In this document: one piece after another, positions 38,105 to 57,056 of the stretch | Layout of the letters: every line of letters starts with the position of its first letter | Position numbering within the stretch: position 1 is the first letter of the stretch | Assembly: GCF_009914755.1 (NCBI RefSeq) | Contig: NC_060947.1 | DNA length: 64,000 nucleotides | Direction: 5' to 3' (one strand) | Source: the human T2T-CHM13v2.0 reference genome, Homo sapiens | Program-made: the position numbers and the translations under genes | The notes under the pieces: model-generated | Told to the model about the DNA's origin: nothing | Seen by the model: the letters and a program-made list of their open reading frames with translations, nothing else | The model's database searches: none

Positions 38105-38560
38105 AGAGACTTAAGTAAAAAGCCAATATGAGCTTATATAATATTTGTGTTATTCTTTCAAATATTTCAAATAAACACAAATAACTTTGGACACAATACT
38201 TATGGTACTTTAAACACTAAATGTCTATAGTTTTTTTTTCAAATAAGATCTTATCTACCATTCATCGGTAGTTCATAACATACAAGCACAGAAACGTTGA
38301 AAATTTAGGGTGACCTGAGGAGACAAAAAAATCTAAGAAGGTAAGCATGAGTCCCAAGAACTTCTGCTTAAAATAGTTTATGGGAATTACAGAAATATTA
38401 GACTATCCTTATTTGTGAAAAAATATACTAAGAAAACTTGTGATCAAAGTAGAACTTTGCATTTTATTTTTTGGGTAATCAAATCAGAGAGGCATAATGT
38501 TTAAGCAACAGACAAAGGAACACAATACTCATTTCACTTTATTCTCTAATAATGTTTTAT

Positions 38561-41500
38561 AGTACCTCACATGTCAATATTAACGTAGAATGTAAGTGTC
38601 CTAAATGCTTTACTTGAGGATACAGAATGGCAGAATGGATAAAAAAACTACCAATCAGATATATGTTGTCTTCAAGAGACTCACGTAACACATAAGTACT
38701 CATATGAACTGAAGGTATAGGAGCTAAAAAAGATATTGCAAACAAATTCAAACCAAAAGGGAGCAGGAGTAGCTATTCTTATATCAGACAAAACAGACTT
38801 TAAGGCAGCAAAAGTAAAAAAAAGACAAGGGAGGGCATTGTATAATAATAAAAGGATTAGTCCAACAAGAAGAAATTACAATTCTGAATTCATAGGCACC
38901 TAACACTGCAACTCTCAAATTTATAAAACAATTACTGGATATGGAATATGGAGTCAAAGGAGATGATTTTGGGGCTTAGAAATGAGATAGAGGGCAACAC
39001 AATAATAGTGGGTGACCAATACTCCATTGACAGCACTAGACAGATCTTCAAGACAGAAAGTCAGCAAAGCGAAAATGGACTTAAACTAAACCTTAGAACA
39101 AATGGACTTAACAGATATTTACAGAACATTCTTCCCCCAAACTGCAGAATACACATTCTTCTCAGCAGAACATTGAATGTTGCCCAAATAGACCATATGA
39201 TAGACCATAAAACAAGTCTCAATAAATTTAAGAAAATAAAAATCCTATCAACTACTTTCTCAGACCATAGTGGAATAAAATTGGAAATCAACTCCAAAAG
39301 GAACCCTCAAAATTATACAAATACATGGAAATTAAATAATCTGCTCTATACTGACTTTGGGGTTAACAATGAAATCAAGATAGAAATTGAAAACTTCTTT
39401 GAATTAAACTATAATAGTGACAAAACTTATCAAAACTACTGGGATACAACCATAGTGGCACTAAGATGAATGTTCATAGCATTAAATGGCTGCATCAAAA
39501 AGACAGAAATAGCAAAAATAGACAACCTAATGTCACACCTCAAAGCCCTAGAGAAAAAAGAACAAACTAAACCCAAACCCAGGAGAGGAAAACAAATAAC
39601 AAAGATCAGAGCAGAACTAAATGGAATTGAAACAAAAAACACAATACAAAAGTTAAATGAAACAAAAAGCTAGTTCTTGGAAATGATAAACAAAATTGAT
39701 AGACCATTATCCAGATTAACCAAGAAAATAAGAGAGAAGTTCCAGATAAGCTCAATTACAAATGAAATGGAGGATATTACACCCATTACCACAGAAATAC
39801 ACAAAATTATTCAAGGCTACTATGAACACCTTTATGCTAACAAACTAGAAATCTAGACGAGATGAATAAATTCCTGGAAATGTACAATTCTCCTTGTTAA
39901 ATCGGGAAGCAATATAAATCCTAAACAGCAATAACCAGCAGTGAGATTAAATCAGTAATAAAACAATTTCAAACATAAAAGAAAAGCCCAGAAATAGATT
40001 CACAGCTGAATTCTTCAGACATTCAGAGAAAAATTTATGTTATTCCTACTGAAAATATTCTAAAAGATTGAGAAAAAGAAAATTCTCTCTAAATCATTCT
40101 ATGAAGCCAGTATCACCCTAATACCAGGGAAGAAGATAACAAAGAAAGAAAACTACAGACCAATATTCTTGATGAACATAGATGCAAAAATCCTTAACAA
40201 AATACGAGCTAACCAAATGCAACAGCATACATAACATAAAGAAAATACATCATGATTAAATGAGTTTCATACCAGATATGCAGGGATGGTTTAACATATG
40301 CAAGTCAATAAATGTGATACATCACGTAAATATAATTAAAAAGCATATGATCATCTCAATAGATGCAGAAAATTCATTTGACAAAATCCAGCATCCTTTT
40401 ATGATAAAAATACTAAACAAAATCGTCAAAAAACAGACTTACTGCAAAGTAATAAAAGTCATATGTGACAAACCCACAGCCAACATCATACTGAATAGGA
40501 AAAAGTTGAAACATTTCCCCTGGATCTGGAACAATACAAGGATGCCCACTTTTAGCACTTCTACTCAACACAGTACTGGACTTTTTGGTCAGAGGAATCA
40601 GACAGGCAAAAAAAGAAAAAAAAAAAAAATGGGCATTCAAATTGAAAAAAAAGGAAGTCAAACTGTCACTGTTCACCAATGATACGATTGTATACCTAGA
40701 AAACCCTAAAGACTCATCCAAAACACTCCTAGAACTGATAGATGAATTCAGCAAAGTTTCAGGATACAAAATCAATGTACACAAATTAATGGCATTGCTA
40801 TACACCAACAATGACCAAACTGAGAATCAAATAAATAACTCAGTCACTTTTACAACAGCTTCAAAAAATATATTTAGGAATATTTCACCAAGGAGATGAA
40901 AGATCTCTACAAGAAAATCTTCAAAACACTGCTGGCAGAAATCATAGTTGACACAAATGGAAACACATGCCATGCTCATGGATGGGTAGAATCAATATTG
41001 TGAAAATGACCATACTGTCCAACGCAATCTATAGATTCAATGCAATTCCTATCAAAATACCATCAGCATTCTTTACAGAAATAGAAAAAAATTAAAAATT
41101 CATACAGAACCAAAAAAGAGCCTGCATTGCCAAAGCAACACTAAGCAAAAAGAACAAATCTTCAGGCATGACATTACCTGACTTCAAATTATACTACAAT
41201 GCTATATTTACAAAACAGCATGATATTGGTATAAAAATAGGCACATAGACCAATGGAACAGAATAGAGAACCCAGAAATAAAGCAAAATACTTACCGCCA
41301 ACTGACCTTTGACAAGGCATACAAAAACGTAAATTAGGGGAAGGACACCCTATTCAATAAATAATGCTGGGAAAACTGGCAAGCCACATGTAGAAGAATA
41401 AAACTGGATTCTCATCTCTCACCTTATACAAAAATCAATACAAGGTGGATCCAATAATTAAATTTAGTACCTGATACCTTAAATATTCTAGAAGATAACA

Positions 41501-42618
41501 TTGGAAAAACTCTTCTTGGCATTGGCTTAGGCAAAGATTCATGGCTAAGACCCCAAAAGCAAATGCAACAAAAACAAAGATAGATAAATGGGACCTAAGT
41601 AAACTAAAATGCGTCTGCACAGTTAAATTAATAATTAGCAGAGTAAACAGTCATCTCATAGAGTGAAAAAAAATTCACAAACTATGCATCCAACAAAAGA
41701 CTAATATCCAGAATCTACAAGGAACTCAAGCAACCAGCAAGGAGAAAACAAATAATCCTATCAAAAAGTGGATAGAGGACATGAAGAGACAATTCTCCAA
41801 AGAAAATATACAAACAGCAGACAAACACATGAAAAAATGCTCAACATCACGAATTATCAGGGAAATGCAAAATAAAACCACAATGAAATAGCCCCTTACT
41901 CCTGCAAGAATGGCCCTAATTAAAAAGTAAAAACATAATATACATTGTCATGAAAGTGGTGAAAACGTAACACTTGTACACTGCTGGTGGGAATGTAAAT
42001 TGGTACAACCACTACTGAAAATAGTATGAAGATTTAGTTCTTTAAAACGTAAAGTAAAACTACCATTTGATTCAGCAATCCTACTACTAGGTACCTACCC
42101 AAAGGAAAATAAGTCATTATGTAAAAAAGACACATGCACACAGTGTTTATAGCATCACAATTCACAAATGCAAAGATATAAAATCAACCTGAGTGCTCAT
42201 CATTCAATGAGTGGATAAAGAAAATGTGGTATATATACATCATGGAATACTACTCAGCCATAAAAAGGAATAAAATAATGTCTTTTGCAGCAACTTCACT
42301 GGAGCTGGAGGCCATTATTCTAAGTGAAGTAACTCAGAAATGAAAATTCAAATATCGTATGTTCTCACTTTTAAGTGGGAGCTAAGCTATGAGAATGGAA
42401 ATGTATAAGAATAATATTATGAACTTTGGTGACTCGAGGGGGAAGGGTTGGAGTGCAGTGAGGGATAAAAGACTACATATTGGGTACAGTGTACACTGCT
42501 CGAGTGACAGGTGCACCAACATTTCAGAAATCACCACTAAATAATTTATCCATGTAACAAAAACCATCTGTACCTCAAAAACTATTGAAATAAAAATCTA
42601 AAAAATGTAAAAAAAAAG
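38561..42618 (+). mobile_element. 5'-truncated L1PB (PB1/2-like): ORF2 remnant and 3'UTR
   Basis: EN remnant IDHMIDHKTSLNKFKK...SDHSGIKLEIN; 3' 'gggtacagtgtacactgctcgagtgacaggtgcacc...aactattgaaataaaa'. Confidence 0.92.
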
Positions 42619-43009
42619 TTTCAAATTCAACCTCAGTCTTGTAATGCACTTATGCTGCCTAAAATTAGAAACCATCTGTAGTAGAAAACCATTAATAAGA
42701 CTGTCTGATTTATTCATTAGTATTTTGGGCATTTGAATATTTACATAATAATCAGTTTCACTTTAATGTAGAAAATGAATAAACAACCAATAGAAAGCAA
42801 CATGAGGTGCATTAAAACAAACAGCCCAGAGAAAATAACCCCAAGATGCACTGAATAGTAATTACCCTTGGTAAGAAAAGTCTATTTATTAGATACAAAT
42901 AATTTTTACACTAGCCAATGCATAGATTTCATCTACTGAATGATACTTAAATTTCTTATGAGACTCTCTGAAAGAGAAAAAGAGGACACTTTTATTCCTA
43001 TTGTTATCA

Positions 43010-43200
43010 AGCAGTATTGTGTAGTGATTACTCATTCAAACTCTACAGTCAGAACTTGCTAGCCATGACCTTGGAAAATGTAATCTCTTAACCTTCCATT
43101 TTTACACGTGTAAAATGTACTATTAAATGTGATATTATTTGTAAAGTGTTTAGCACAGTGCTTGAAAAGTAATAAAAGCTCAATTAATATTTCTGTAATA
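43010..43200 (+). mobile_element. MIR SINE
   Basis: 'gtagtgatta...tgaccttgg...gtaaagtgtttagcacagtgc...gctcaattaatat'. Confidence 0.65.
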
Positions 43201-44034
43201 ATTATTTTTGATATAGCAATTACAATCAATGGATACCTATTTTAGCTCCATGTATTAAGAGAGACATGTAAGAAAAAATATTTATCACTCTTAGAGGCCA
43301 ATGGAATATAAGAACTTAAAATATGCTCTCCCATAAAGTAAGGAGTTTACTCACTACTCACGAAGATAATTCCCTCATCCTGAAATAGGTGACTACTAAG
43401 GGGTATAGAGAGATTCCCAGAAGTAGGGCAAAATTATCCACCAAAGACTGTACATCATATACCTATGGCTGTAATGCTCTTCTTTCGGGTAACTTTGCAT
43501 CTGCTTTTCAGACTTGGAAATTACTAATTCCTTTCATTGTTCTAAGCAAAATAATTCATTTTCAAATAGAAACACTACTAAAATGAAACACTGTGGTAAT
43601 AGTTTAGTTAAATTATAAAAACTGACAGTCATCAGATATAGCAAATATGGTTAATTTTTAAATTAGAAAAGTTAAACCCCTGGCCCTATCAATTGATGCT
43701 ACAGTTGATATACGATTAATAAAAAAGTAATACAACGTTCTTTCAAAACTGGTATTTCTCAATAATATTTATTCTTTAATATTAACAAATTATCTTCAAG
43801 GATGATTTTATAAGCAGAAGTCATCTAAAATATGTTTTTGCTACCAAAGTAGCAAGTAACTTATTTGTTAGTGTTACTTTATCTCTAGATTCAATGAAAA
43901 AATGTCCTATGAGAGTGAACTTTGTTATGCTGGTGTAACATATAGGCTATGAAAAAGAACATTACTCTGTCCCATCTTTTACTTCAAGATTAAACTAATC
44001 AGAAAAAAAGCCACGTGAGGAGCATGAGGTGGGG

Positions 44035-44812
44035 TGATACAGGAGATAGGAATAAATTACTTAGGTAGATGGGGTGAAAGAGTCCTCAGCAAAAACTTTC
44101 CTCCTAACTAAAAGCAGCTCAAAAATTTCTTCCTTTCTAACCACATGCAGTTCAAAGAAATCACTTCTCTTCTAATAAAGAGCAGTCTGGAAGATCAGTC
44201 GGTAAAGCATAAATAAGCAACTCTGGCACAGAGGGAGGGTTTCCTAGGTAATCACCAAACTTCACATGCATACGATGGGCCCCAGTAAAAACAGTGGGCA
44301 TTAATGAGCACATTCCTTTTCCATTTTGGGGCACACTAAGATAGGGACGTTGGAAGCTTGCACGGGGCTGGGGAGGGGGATGCCTGAAGCTGCATGGAGG
44401 TACCTGGAATCTGGCACAGAAACTTCTCCTTCCCTTTTTTGCACATGCACGGTGGAAGGAGATAAACAGTGTGGAGTAGCCCAAGCTAAGAGCCCACCTG
44501 TATAATAGAGAAGTCAGGTGGGGGCTGCCAGAGATTCTGCTCTATGCAAATGGCACACCTGGTCCTAACTGGTTTTCTGCGCCCTATGTAAATGAGATAT
44601 CTACTCCCTACTAGCTCATTTATAAAAACCCTCACATTTCACTGCAGCATGGCAACCAATTTGGAACCCCTCTCTGTGACAGAGAGCTGTTCTTTTCCTT
44701 TCTCCTGTTAACCTTCTACTCTAACCTTGCCCTTTATGTGTCTATATCCTTAATTTCCGTGGCCATGAGGCGAAGAACCTCAGGTAATATTCCAGACAAT
44801 GCAGCTGCTTCA
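44035..44812 (+). mobile_element. MER50-like ERV1 solo LTR
   Basis: 'tgatacaggagataggaataaattacttaggtaga...ccagacaatgcagctgcttca'; perfect 4-bp TSD gggg. Confidence 0.82.
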
Positions 44813-45020
44813 GGGGTCAAGGTTAGAAGAGAAAATAACTATAGTATTCATTAATATTTATTGTGTAAAGTGCTTTCTACAATAAAAAATGATGAGCTCC
44901 AAAGGCATACTAAATGTATTACAAAGTAAATAACTAATTTAGAAAATTTATTTGTCTGGAAAAAAATTTTAAGGATTTTCTCATGCACTATTGTAGATCA
45001 GAGATAAAAGAGACAGGGAT

Positions 45021-46420
45021 ATTCATTCATTCATGTATTTATTCATCAAATATTTATTGAGGATCTACCTGTATCCAGTACTGTTTTAGGTACTGAGGAT
45101 ATAGCAATACACAAAATATAAAAAATCCTACCTTTATAAATCTTACATTGTAATGAAGGAAGATATAAAATAATAAAATACATAGATAAAACATAAAATG
45201 TCACAGGGTGATAGAGACTGTGGGGAAAATTAAAAAGCAAAATGGTATTAGGAGTACTGGAGAGAGGGATTTGCGATTTTAAATAGGGTTACTTTAAGGG
45301 AACATTTCACTAAGAAAGTGGAATTTCACCAAAGAGCTGAAGGCAATGAGGACACAAACCTCACAGATGTATGAAGGAAGAACATTCCAGGCAGATGAGT
45401 AACACTGTCAAAGGTGCTGAGGCAGAAGCATGCTTTCTGTGTGTGAAAAACAGAAAGTGGCTTGTGCTGTGAAATCAAGAGAGAGCTTTGATAAGAGTGG
45501 TAATGTTATTTGATGCTTCTTTTAACAAGTTCATTGCCTGCTTGTTTGCAAATAGACTGTAAGAAGGCAAGTGAAAACACAGAGACCAGTTAAGAGACTG
45601 TTGTAGTAATCTAGGTGAGAGATAGTAGTGGCTTGTACTAGGGTGTTAGCAGTAGAGTTGGTGAAAAATAATGAGTTTCTGGATGCATTTTTAGGCAAAG
45701 CCAAAACATTTTTCTAATTGTTTGAATGAAGGTTATGAGCAAAAGAGGACTTATAAATGAGGAACTGAAACAATAGCCTTCTTAATTAAATGTGAATAAC
45801 TTCGTAAAAGACAGGATTAAGGAAAAAGATCAGATAATCAGTTTTTGACCTGTTAAGTTGGAAATTGCTATTAAACATCCATGTGGGGTAGGCAGCTGGA
45901 TATATTGGTCTGGAGTTTGGGAGAGAAGTGTGGGCTGGAAAAATAAATTTTGAAGTTTTCAGCATGTGGATGATACTTAAAGCCATTAACATTGATAAAA
46001 TCTTCAGGGAAGTGAGAAGAGATAGAAAAGAAAAGACCTAGAAGAACTAAATATTGTAGACTCTCAGTTTGCAGATGTATGGAAAACGAGGAAAAACTAA
46101 TTGCAAACTGAAAAGAAGCAACCAATGAGGTAGGAGGAGAGAAACCAGGAGAGAAGTGTCCTTGAAGTCAAATAAACTGCTTCAATGTGTAGGGAGTTAT
46201 ATGCTGGGTCACCTGCTGCTTAATTCATCAAGAAGAAGCCTTGAGCACTGGATTTTGAAATGCGGAGGTCATTGATGATTTTTTACAAATTTTTTTTTTG
46301 TATAATGGTGAGGACAAAATCTAAATAGAGTATCTTTAAGGAATAATGGGAAGACAGGATTTAGAGAGATCAGACTCCTCTTTTTAGGTATTATATTGTA
46401 AAAGGGATCAGAGGTACTTG
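45021..46420 (-). mobile_element. L2a, 3' ~1.4 kb
   Basis: 'attcattcattca...caaatatttattgag...gtactgttttaggtactgagg'; antisense ORF remnant SPHFSPKLQTNISSCL. Confidence 0.85.
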
Positions 46421-46649
46421 AGGAAATTTTAAAAATTTTATTTTAGTATGAGAGAAATTAAAAAATCAATATTAAATAGAGGTGGGCGTGCAGAACAAGA
46501 GATAGGAAGAGAGAAAAAGGAGAAAAGAAAGATAGGAGTGAAATGAGGATTGAGGGAGAAATGATAACACTATTACAGAAAATAGTATCTTATCTCATTG
46601 TTAATGGTGAACCATATACCCTACCCTGTTAGCAAAATGAAATTTTTTT

Positions 46650-47050
46650 TCTATTATACCAAGAAAATCCCATGCTTTTTTCTCCATGACTTTAACCTCA
46701 TTTTGTATGTTATCTCTCAACGAAAATACCTGCACTTTTCTGTGCTCACATAAAAGAATTCCTGTCCTTTAAGTTCTGTTTTAAATTCCACTTCACTGAA
46801 GCCTTCCCTGACCACTCCAGCCATCCATAGATCATCTGTAATTTTTAACAGCATAATTTAGCTTTTAATCACATACTCTATAGTATCATTCAACTTTGAC
46901 ATATTTATCAAAGTCTATTCAGCTAGAATATAAGATTCTTAGTGGCAAAGACCATATTATACTTCTGTGTCTACTCATAAACTGTAGATTTTTTAAATAC
47001 CTTAGTATATAGTGTCACAAATATCTAGGCAGATATATTTTAAATTACTG
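46650..47050 (+). mobile_element. L2 fragment
   Basis: 'gaagccttccctgaccactcc...ctagaatataagattcttagtggcaaagacc'. Confidence 0.6.
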
Positions 47051-47563
47051 CTACTAATATTTTACTGTCATATTTGGGGCATGGGAATTTTACACAACTG
47101 AGGGAAAAAATGTTACAAATGACTCTACCTGGTTAGTAGTTGTGAAATCCCATGCCACAGGTCACTGGTACTAGAGAATATTATAGAAAGAACAGTAAGC
47201 TAGGAGTTATTAGTCATGGATTATAATATTACTATAATATTAACTAGTACCTTTGTGAAAAACATTGCCTCTCCCTTTCTAAAATTAGTAGTATTCACTA
47301 AATGGTCTCTAAGAGAATTTTAACTGTAATATTTTATTTTTAATTATAGTTCTATCTGCACAAATTGTTCCATTACCCAAAATTAATAATCATTTTTAAA
47401 TAGAAAAAAACTCAATATATTGGTAACTGTATTTTTTCTCACTCATATGTATTATTGAGAGATTTCCCTCATAGCCCATATCAGATGAGGCCTATACACA
47501 AGTGATCTGATGACCTCAAATAATAAAATTAAGTACTAGAGCACTGGAAAGAATGGACAATAG

Positions 47564-49941
<2,378 letters not shown>

Positions 49942-49991
49942 AAAGAATGAACAGTAGTGACACATGTCTAGAATTTTTTGAAAATTAAATG

Positions 49992-51085
49992 GTGTAGCAT
50001 TTAGAATAGCCTATGTATTATACCAAATAAATCCCCAAATCATAATGGCTAAAACACAATGTAAGCTTATTTCTCACTCATATCCGATGGGTTTTCCTGG
50101 TAATCAGGCATATCCCCTGTATGTGTTGATTCAAGGATCAATGTTCCTTCCATCTTTTAGCTCTATCCATTCCCTAAATGTAAAGTACTGTGATGAGTCT
50201 GAGCTTATTTATTCCCCTTTTATTTTAGTTTCAGAGGTACATGTGCAGGTTTGTTATATATGTAAACTCACGTCATGGGGGCTTGGTATTCAGATTATTT
50301 CATCACCCAGATAATAAGCATAGTACCTTATAAGTATGTTTTTCTGATCCTCTCCATCCTCCCACCCAGGTCTGAAATTTTACCTGACTTGCAAGCTAAC
50401 AAGTTAGCCTACTACAGTTTCATGAATGTTGGCAGAAGATGCAAGACTCTTGGGTCAGAAAAAATGTAGTCATAGCAGTAACCAAAGTACCAGCATTTTT
50501 GCACTGATTTCCTGAGCACCATATTTCACAAGGTGGCACAAAGAAGGGCAGTTGATGCCTGCACATACAGTGAGTTGAGTTGCAGGAAAGAAAGCCTGAG
50601 ATTAGGAAAATATTTTATAGTAAGTGTTAGCTTGCCTAATTTTACTAAGGAGAGAGATACAATCTTTGTTGTACTGGATAGTGAGCACGTCTGCTCTCAA
50701 CTCTGTGGGAGGAATCTATATGGTCCAAGCTTGTTAAGTATACAGATATCCTTGAAAAGATGGTTCGGAACAAACGCCAAACAGTGCTCATTCACAAGAC
50801 ATGCAGAATATCAGACTCATGGAGAATTGTCTCCCCCTTCCAAGGCCTCATTGTTGTCTGCATCAGTTAGAAAATGGAAAAAGAGCGTAGAAAAGGAATA
50901 CCCACTTAAAGGCCTTGGCCCAATAGACCACTTCCATTTACATTCAATTGGTGAAAATTAATTACAGGACAGAACTTGTTGTAAGGGAGTCTGGTAAATA
51001 TTAGCTTGCTATGTCATCCTCCTAAAGAAAAATTGGCTTCCTAGAAAATAATAGATTTTGGTGATCGGGTACTAGTATCTGCCAA
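49992..51085 (-). mobile_element. Old MLT1 LTR interrupted by an L1PA 3' fragment (~50205-50370) and an LTR47-like LTR (~50371-50835)
   Basis: 'ccccaaatcataatggctaaaacacaa...ttatttctcactcat'; 'ggtacatgtgcaggtttgtta'; 'cttgcaagctaacaagttagcct...catggagaattgtctccc'. Confidence 0.55.
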
Positions 51086-51099
51086 TATAGAATTATATC

Positions 51100-51310
51100 T
51101 AAACTCATAAAACATTTACAACGTGCAATGTATTATTTCATGAAGTTATCATAACAATTATATGTGGTTGATGCTGTCATATCCTCATTTGTCAAATGAA
51201 AGAAAAATGAGGCTCAGAGAGGATAAGGAACTCACTAAAGGCACATATATAGGAAATAGATTATTATCAAAATTTGTCTGATTCCAGACTCCAGCATTTT
51301 CCATTAAGTT
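51100..51310 (-). mobile_element. MIR SINE
   Basis: 'atcctcattt...aaatgaggctcagagaggataaggaactcactaaaggcacat'. Confidence 0.7.
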
Positions 51311-51451
51311 TTCTATAGAATAACTATCTTGTCAAAGAACTCCATAGATCATCAAAAATAGCACACAAGATAACAAGGTAAATATCACTGTGTTGATTAA
51401 TTTTATGTATCAACTTGGCTATGTGAGAGCATCCAGTTTTCTGGTCAAATA

Positions 51452-53785
<2,334 letters not shown>

Positions 53786-53988
53786 TAGTTTTTTGAGGAA
53801 CCTCCAAACTGTTTTCCAGTTGTACTAATTTACACTCCCACCAACAAGGTACAAGGGTTCCCTTTTCCCTACATCCTCCCAGCATATTGTTATTGCCTTT
53901 GTAGTTTTTAATGTGCATTTCACTGATTATCAGTTATGCTGAACATCTTTTTATATACCTGTTTGACATTCGTATGTCTTCTTTTGGG
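53786..53988 (-). mobile_element. L1 fragment (ORF2 C-terminal region)
   Basis: 'ttttgaggaacctccaaactgttttcc...tactaatttacactcccaccaaca'. Confidence 0.8.
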
Positions 53989-53989
53989 G

Positions 53990-56880
53990 ATTTTTTTAAT
54001 TTCAATTTTTATTTCAATAGCTTTTGGGGAACAAGGGTTTTTGTTGTTGTTGTTGTTGTTCCATGGACAAATTATATAGTGGTGAACTCTGAGATTTTAG
54101 TGCACCAATCGCTCAAGCAGTGTACATTGTACCTAATGTGTATTATTTTTATCCCTAGCCGCTCTCCCAACCTCCCCTTTCTGAGTCTCTAAAGGCCATT
54201 ATATCACTCTCTATGCCTTTGTGTACTCATAGCTTAGCTCTCACTTATAAGTGAGAACATATGGTACTTGGTATTCTATTCCTGAGTTACTTCACTTAGA
54301 AAAATTGTCTCCAGCTTCATCCAAGTTTGCAAAATACTTTATTTCATTTTTTATGGCTGAGTATTATTCCATGGTATATATATATATACCACATTTTCTT
54401 TATCTACTCATTAGTCAATGGGCAGTTAGGCTGGTTCCATATCTTTGGAATTGTGAATTGTGCTACTATAAATATACGTGTGCAGGTGTATTTTTGAAAT
54501 AATAGTCTTTTCCTTTAGGTAGATACCCTTTAGTGGGATTGCTGTATCAAATGGTAGATCCAGTGTTGGCTCTTTAGAGAATATCTCTACTGTTCTCCAT
54601 AGAGGTTTTACTAATTTACATTCCCACCAGCAGCCTTTAAGCATTCCATTTTCCCCGTATCCTCAAAAACATCTATTGTTTTTTCACTTTTGAATGATGG
54701 CCATTCCTGCAGGAGTAAGGTGGTAACTCATTGTGGATTTAATTTGCATTTCACTGATGATTAGTGATGTTGAGCATTTTTTCATATGTTTGTTAGCTAT
54801 TTGTATATCTTCTTTTGAGAAACATCTATTTATTTTCTTGTTACTTTGTTTGAGTTCCTAGTAGATCCTGGATACTAGCCCTTTGTCAGATGCATAGTTT
54901 GCAAATATTTTCTCCATCCTGCGGGTTGTCTGTTTACTCTGCTGATTAATTCTTTTGCTGTGCAGAATCTTTTCAATTTGATATTCTGATGGGAATGCCA
55001 TTGAATATGTTGATTGCTTTGAACAGTATGGTCATTTTCACAATATTGAGTCTTCCCATCCATGAGCATGGGTTTCCATTTGTTTGTGTCATCTATGATT
55101 TCTTTCAGCACTATTGCGTAGTTCTCCTTGTAGAGAGATTTCACCTCACTGATTAAGTAATTCCTAAATATTTTATTTATTTGCAGATGTTGTAAAAGGC
55201 ATTGAGTTCTTGATTTGATTCTCAGCTTGGCCATTGTTGGTGTATAGCAGTGCAACTGATTTATGTACATTGATTTTGTAACACAAAACTTTACTAAATT
55301 CACTTATCAAATACAAGAGTCTTTTGGAGGAGTCTAGGATTTTCTAGGAATACAATCATATTATCTTAAAAAAGTGAGAGTTTGACTTCCTCTTTTCCAA
55401 TTTGGATGGTCTTTATTTCTTTCTCTTGCCTAATTGCTCTGGCTAGTATGTCCAGAACTATGTTGTACAAGAGTGGTGAAAGTGGACATCCTTGTCTTGT
55501 TCCAGTTATCAGGGGGAATGCTTTAAACATTTCCCCATTCAGTATGATGTTGGCTGTGGGTCTGCCATACATGATTTTTACTGTTTTGACGCAGGTTCCT
55601 TCTATGCTTAGTTTGTAGAGCGTTTTTATTATACACAGATGCTAGATTTTGTCAAATGCTTTTGCTGCATCTATTGAGATGATCACATAGTTTTGTTTTA
55701 AATTTTTATGTAATGTGTTATATTCATTGACTTGCATATGCTAAAACTTTCCTGTATCCTGGGATGCAGCCCACTTGTTCATGATAAATTATCTTTTTGA
55801 TGTGCTGTTGGATTTGGTTAGCTAGTATTTTGTGGAAGATTTTTGCATCTATGTTCATCAGGAAAATTGGTCTGTAGTTTTCTTTTCTTGTTGAGTCCTA
55901 TACTGGTTTTGGTATCAGGGTGAGACTAGCTTCATAGAATGATTTAGGGTGGATGCTTTCTTTTCTCAATCTGTTGGAATAGTGTCAGTAGGATTGGGGC
56001 CAGTCCTTCTTTGAATATCTGGTAGAACTCATCTGTGAATCAATTTGGTCCTGGGCTTTTTCTTTGTTTGCAATTTTTAAGTTACTGATTCAATTCTGCT
56101 GCTTGTTATTGGCCTGTTCAAGGTTTCTATTTCTTCCTTATGTAATGTAGGATGCTTGTATGTTTACAGGAATTTGTCCATTTACTCTAGGTATTCAAGT
56201 TTGTGTGCATAAAAGTGTTTATTGTAGTCTGAAACCACCTTTTCTATTTTTGTGGTGTAGGATGTAATGTCTCCAGTTTCATTTCTAATTGAGCTTATTG
56301 AGATCTTCTCTCTTCTTTTCTTGAATAATCTAGATCATGGTCTATTAATTTTATTTGTTTTTTCAAGAAACTAGCTTTTGGTTTCATTGATCTCTCATTT
56401 TTTTTTTTTTGCTTGTTTTAATTTCATTTAGTTCTGCTCTTATCCTTATTTTTTTTTCTTTTACTAGCTTTTGGTTTAGTTTGTTCTTGTTTTTCCATTT
56501 CCTTGAAGATTGACATTAGCTTGTCAATTTGTGCTCTTTCAGACTTTTTGATGTAGGCATTAGTGCTATAAACTTTTCTCATACCACTACTTTTGCTGTA
56601 TCTTGGAAGTTTTGATAACTTGTTATACTATTATCATTCAATTCAAAGAATTTTAAAATTTCCATCTTGATTTTATTGTTAACCCAGAAATCATTCAGGA
56701 TCAGATTTATTTAATTTTCATGTATTTGTATAGTTTTGAGGGATCCCTTTAGAGTTATTTCTAGTTTTATTCCACTGTGGTCTGAGAAAATACTTAATGT
56801 GATTTTGGTTTTTTAAATTTATTGAGAATTGTTTTGTGGCCTATCATATAGTCTATCTTGAAGAATATGCCATATGCATA
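53990..56880 (-). mobile_element. L1PB (PB1/2-like) with an internal deletion at ~54980
   Basis: 'ttttatttcaatagcttttgggga...gagattttagtgcacc'; RT remnant [30 protein letters not shown]. Confidence 0.9.
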
Positions 56881-57056
56881 TGGCACGACCTTGGCTCACT
56901 GCAACCTCCATCTCCTGGGTTCAAACAATTCTCCTGCCTCAGCCTCCTGAGTAGCTGGGATTATAGGTGCCCACCACCACGCCCAGCTAATTTTTGTATT
57001 TTTAGTAGAGTTGGGGTTTCACCATGTTGGTCAGGCTGGTCACGAACTCCTGACCT
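56881..57056 (-). mobile_element. Internal Alu fragment lacking both ends
   Basis: 'ggctcactgcaacctcc...ggctggtcacgaactcctgacctc'. Confidence 0.9.

Noticed and set aside
38948-39469. Longest ORF (173 aa) as a functional endonuclease
   Set aside because: Decayed L1 ORF2 with an out-of-frame middle section and a missing N-terminus.
47473-47520. Short inverted repeat (atcagat...atctgat) with a box C/D-like look
   Set aside because: Too short; no proper box C/D order or terminal stem.
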